Shown here: piece after piece, positions 16,909 to 18,036 of the stretch
Layout: every line of letters begins with the position of its first letter
Position numbering within the stretch: position 1 is the first letter of the stretch
NCBI GenBank assembly: GCA_016839585.1
Contig: JAEOTZ010000030.1
Coordinates: forward strand, 1-18,036
Length of the DNA stretch: 18,036 bases
Origin: Promethearchaeota archaeon
Lineage (GTDB): Archaea; Asgardarchaeota; Lokiarchaeia; Sigyniarchaeales; SOKP01
Reading direction: 5' to 3'
The notes under the pieces: generated by a model
What the model was told of the DNA's origin: nothing
The model's database searches: none
Seen by the model: the letters and a program-made list of their open reading frames with translations, nothing else
Translations under genes and position numbers: made by a program

Positions 16909-17709
16909 ATGAGTATTCAAGATAAATCAAGGTTGCATTCAAAGATTAAACGATTAGAAAAAAATACTACAATTCATAATTTATTTATTTTTAATAAATC
17001 TGGTATTTGCTTTTACGGCAAAAGTTTTACAGATTATTACAATATGGAGAAAAATTTAATTTCTCCATTTTTAACTGCACTAATGTCTTTTTCTAAAGAA
17101 ATGATAGGGAAAAAGTTTAAAACAATAGATATGGGTGATATAAAATTAGCAATTTTTGAAAAAAGGGAAATCTACTATGGTGTTTTATGTGATACAATTG
17201 AGAATATAATTCTATTAGATGAGGTTATTTCAAAAATTAATATTAAACTTTTAGATTATATAAATAAAAATAAGATTAATATTACAGCTGAAATAGTTTA
17301 CGACAGCAAATTAAATGATACTTTAAATAATATTATAGACGATACCTTTAGTAACGAATTTGATTTAGAAAAGGAAGCGAAGATTATTGAATACTTAAAA
17401 GAATTAACTCAAAATGATGAAATTGATGGGACTATTTTATTAACAAACAGAGGAAGGCTCCTTTATTCCTCTTTAAATAAAATAGATTTAAGAACTTTTT
17501 TAAAAGAAGTTGATTTTCGTGTGAAAATATTTAATAATTCAATATTAAAAATGTTTTACACTTTCAAAAATAAGAAATTTATTTTTTCAGAGTATGTAAA
17601 TGACTCCTATTTTGTAATTTTAGTTTTTGATTCAAAAGTAAAATTTGGAATGGCAGAATTTATCTTAAGAAAAATTGTACAAAATATCAAAGTTCTTTTT
17701 ATCAAGTAA
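16909..17709 (+). CDS. Longin-like plus Roadblock/LC7-like two-domain protein
   Basis: N-domain IHNLFIFNKSGICFY...LISPFLTALMSFSKE (longin pattern). C-domain helix-IDGTILLTNRGRLLYS...YFVILVFDSKVKFGMAEFILRK (roadblock pattern). Confidence 0.72.
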   Translation: MSIQDKSRLHSKIKRLEKNTTIHNLFIFNKSGICFYGKSFTDYYNMEKNLISPFLTALMSFSKEMIGKKFKTIDMGDIKLAIFEKREIYYGVLCDTIENIILLDEVISKINIKLLDYINKNKINITAEIVYDSKLNDTLNNIIDDTFSNEFDLEKEAKIIEYLKELTQNDEIDGTILLTNRGRLLYSSLNKIDLRTFLKEVDFRVKIFNNSILKMFYTFKNKKFIFSEYVNDSYFVILVFDSKVKFGMAEFILRKIVQNIKVLFIK

Positions 17710-17836
17710 TCTTTGAACTTGTGTTCATAAGAAATCTTTAGATTTTTTACTAAAATTTATGAACTATAAAAATTAACTTAAAATTTGATTTAATCCAACT
17801 AAAAATTAATTATAAAAATATGGAATTAGATTAAAA

Positions 17837-18036
17837 ATGTCAAAATCGGAACAAGATCTTAAAGATGCCTTTGCAGGTGAATCTCAAGCTAATAGAAAAT
17901 ATTTAGCATTTGCGGAGAAAGCAGATAAGGAAGGGTTCGCTCAGGTAGCAAAATTATTCCGTGCAGCTGCAGCTGCAGAAACAGTTCATGCCCACAATCA
18001 TCTAAGAGCATTGAAGGGAATTAAGTCTACAGCTGA
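17837..18036 (+). CDS. Rubrerythrin (5' part; runs off the window)
   Basis: Manual translation MSKSEQDLKDAFAGESQANRKYLAFAEKADKEGFAQVAKLFRAAAAAETVHAHNHL gives AFAGES and ExxH di-iron motifs. Confidence 0.95.
   Translation, partial: MSKSEQDLKDAFAGESQANRKYLAFAEKADKEGFAQVAKLFRAAAAAETVHAHNHLRALKGIKSTA

Noticed and set aside
1-18036. CRISPR array, transposase, integrase, rRNA or intein
   Set aside because: No regularly spaced repeats or diagnostic motifs were seen.

Overview
AT-rich archaeal chromosomal window that reads as Asgard, most likely Lokiarchaeia/Promethearchaeota-like. It opens with a divergent Vps4 (MIT+AAA, truncated at the left edge and missing from the ORF track) and an ESCRT-III (Vps2/24/46-class) gene. 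It also carries a longin-roadblock fusion and a Zn-ribbon protein with a possible DENN-like core. Other contents: PfkB kinase; tRNA-Gly(GCC) followed by a small accessory patch (TIGR04076-like protein, phage-type endonuclease VII, GyrI-like protein); tRNA-Val(GAC); archaeal-type pgk; a SAM methyltransferase; a nickel-pincer/nickel locus (larB, larC, a degenerate alkaline-phosphatase-superfamily protein, and nikR with a His-rich insertion); a short face-to-face-type histone; a truncated GH2-like remnant; a GHMP sugar kinase; and the 5' end of a rubrerythrin. The best leads are an apparent compensatory charge swap at the Vps4 MIT / ESCRT-III MIM1 interface, and the larC / AP-like / His-rich nikR arrangement in which LarC lacks its usual His-rich segment. 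All family calls come from motifs recognised by eye; no searches were run.
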